Source: Squalus acanthias (lineage: Eukaryota). Taken from it: a stretch of 64,000 nt of DNA. The translations under genes and the position numbers were made by a program. This document shows positions 61,740-64,000 of the stretch, piece by piece; position 1 is the first letter of the stretch; every line of letters begins with the position of its first letter. The notes below the pieces were generated by a model. It did no database searches, was not told where the DNA came from, and saw only the letters and a program-made list of their open reading frames with translations. The DNA is taken from positions 140,680,001 to 140,744,000 of the forward strand of contig CM059432.1 in the NCBI GenBank assembly GCA_030390025.1. Reading direction: 5' to 3'.

Positions 61740-64000
61740 TCAATAAGATCAGAGAGTTAAAGGCGTGGCTCAAGGATTGGAGTGGGAGAAATGGGTTTTG
61801 ATTCATGGGGCACTGGCACCAGTACTGGGGAAAGAGGGAGCTGTTCCGTTGGGATGGGCTTCACTTGAACTGTGCTGGGACCAGTGTCCTGATGAATCGA
61901 ATAACTAGGGCTGTAGATAGGGCTTTAAACTAAATAGTGGTGGGGGGAGGGCTCAGGTGAGGGGAAACTTAGAATGTTAAAGAGAAAGGACAAGGCAATA
62001 GTGCTGGCTAGCGATAGGGGTAATGATAACCAGACTGTGACAGGAAGGGACAGAGCATACAAGCATACGAGTGCACAAGCAAATAGGGTCAGAGTAGGGG
62101 AAAATGGTAAAAAGACAAAATTAAAGGCTCTTTATCTGAATGCATGCAGCATTCATAACAAGATAGATGAATTGACGGTACAAATAGAAATAAATGGGTT
62201 TGACCTAATAGTCATTACAGAGATGTGGTTGCAAAGTGACCAAAGCTGGGAACTGAATATTTAGGGGTATTTGACATTTCGGAAGGATAGGCAGAATGGA
62301 AAAGGAGGTGGGGTAGCTCTGTTAATAAAGGATGAGATCAGTGCAATGGTGAGAAATGATATTGGCTCAGAAGATCAAGATGTAGAATCAGTTTGGGTGG
62401 ACATAAGAAATAATAAGGGAAAGAAGTCAGTAGTGGGAGTAGTCTATAGGCCCCCTAACAGTAGCTACACTGTAGGAAAGGGTATAAATCAAGAAATAAT
62501 GGGGGCTTGTAAGAAAGATACTGCAATAATTGTGGGCAATTTTAATCTTCATATAGATTGGACAAATCAAATTGGCAAAGGTAGCCTTGAGGACGAGTTC
62601 ATAGAGTGTATTCAGGACAGTTTCTTAGAACAATACGTTGTAGAACCAACCAGGAAACAGGCTATTCTAGATCTGGTAACGTATAATGAGACAGGATTAT
62701 TTAATGATCTCATAGTAAAGGATCCTCTAGGGAAGAGTGATCATAATATGATAGAATTTCACATTCAGTTTGCGGGTGAGAAACTTGGGTCTGAAACTAG
62801 TGTCTTAAACTTAAATAAAGGAAATTACAAGAGAATGAAGAAAGAGTTGGCTAGAGTGGACTGGGAAAATAGATTAAAAGGTAAGATGGTAGATAAGCAG
62901 TGGCAGACTTTTAAGGAGATATTTCATAACTCTCAACAAAGATATATTCCAGTGAGGAAGAAAGACTCTATGAGAAGGATGGACCATCCGTGGCTAACTA
63001 AGGAAGTTAAGGAGGGTATCAAATTGAAAGAAAAGGCATACAATGTTGCGAAGATTAGTGGTAGGCCAGACGATTGGGAAATTTTTAGAAACTTGCAAAG
63101 GATGACTATAAAAATAATAAAGAGGGAGAAAATAGATTATGAGAGTAAACTAGCAAGAAATATAAAAACAGACAGTAAGGGCTTCTACAAGTATATAAAA
63201 AGGAAGAGAGTAGCTAAAGTAAACATTGGTCCCTTAGAGGATGAGACTGGGGAATTAATAATGGGAAACAAGGAAATAGCAGAGATTTGAACAAATATTT
63301 TATATCTGTCTTCACAGTGGAAGACACTAAAAGCATCCGAATAATAGTGGAAATCAAGGGGCAAAAGGGAGGGAGGAACTTAAAACGATCACTATCTCTA
63401 GAGAAAAAGTACTAGGCAAACTAATGGGACTAAAGGCTGACAAGTCCTGTGGACCTGATGGCCTGCATCTTAGGGTCTAAAAAGAAGTGTCTGAGCGATA
63501 GTGGATGGTTGTAATTTTCCAAAATTCCCTAGGTTCTGGAAGGTCCCAGCGGATTGGAAAACCGCAAATGTAACGCCCCTATTCAAGAAAGGAGGGAGAC
63601 AGAAAGCAGGAAACTATAGGCCAGTTAGCCTAACACTGTCATTGGGAAAATGCTGGAGTTCATTATTAAGGAAGTAGTAGCAGGACATTTAGAAAATCAT
63701 AATACAATCAAGCAGAGTCAACATGGTTTTATGAAAGGGAAATTGTGTTTGACAAATTTATTAGAGTTCTTTGAGGATGTACCGAACAGGGTGGATAAAG
63801 GGGAACCAGTAGATGTAGTGTATTTGGATTTCCAACAGGCATTTGATAAGGTGCCACATAAAAGGTTACTGCACAAGATAAGAGCTCATGGTGTTGGGGG
63901 TAATATATTAGATTGGATAGAGGATTGGCTAACTAACAGAAAACAGAGTCGGGATAAATGGGTAATTTTCAGGTTGGATAACTGTAACTAGTGGGGTGCC
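61740..64000 (+). mobile_element. CR1 LINE: ORF1 esterase C-terminus, then ORF2 APE endonuclease and RT start (decayed, runs off the window)
   Basis: ORF1 remnant FRWDGLHLN (SGNH-esterase-like); LYLNACSI...ITEMWL, VYRPP and SDHN (APE); YLDFQQAFD (RT). Confidence 0.92.

Overview
Eukaryotic, repeat-dense non-coding DNA, most likely from a shark or other elasmobranch. This is inferred from the SacSINE1-like DeuSINEs, HE1-like V-SINEs and CR1/L2 content. I recognise no host protein-coding gene: every convincing ORF is transposon-derived. The window holds many 5'-truncated CR1 and L2 LINEs, an RTE fragment, about a dozen DeuSINEs, V-SINEs, hAT and pogo/Tigger-like MITEs with TSDs, two solo LTRs of one family, and the 5' end of a Gypsy element (137-bp LTR, tRNA-Ser PBS, gag). 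Highlights: (1) two PIF/Harbinger-type elements that keep a decayed three-exon Myb/SANT gene but show no recognisable transposase, plus related MITEs with a co-varying internal hairpin; (2) minimal hammerhead ribozyme motifs in Penelope-like terminal repeats; (3) a tail-swapped V-SINE; (4) a young CR1 subfamily with a duplicated 3' motif; (5) several nested insertions whose order can be read. Unique stretches show only CTCF-like and homeodomain motifs and weak exon-like signals. Family names come from recognition by eye, not database searches, and boundaries without TSDs are approximate.
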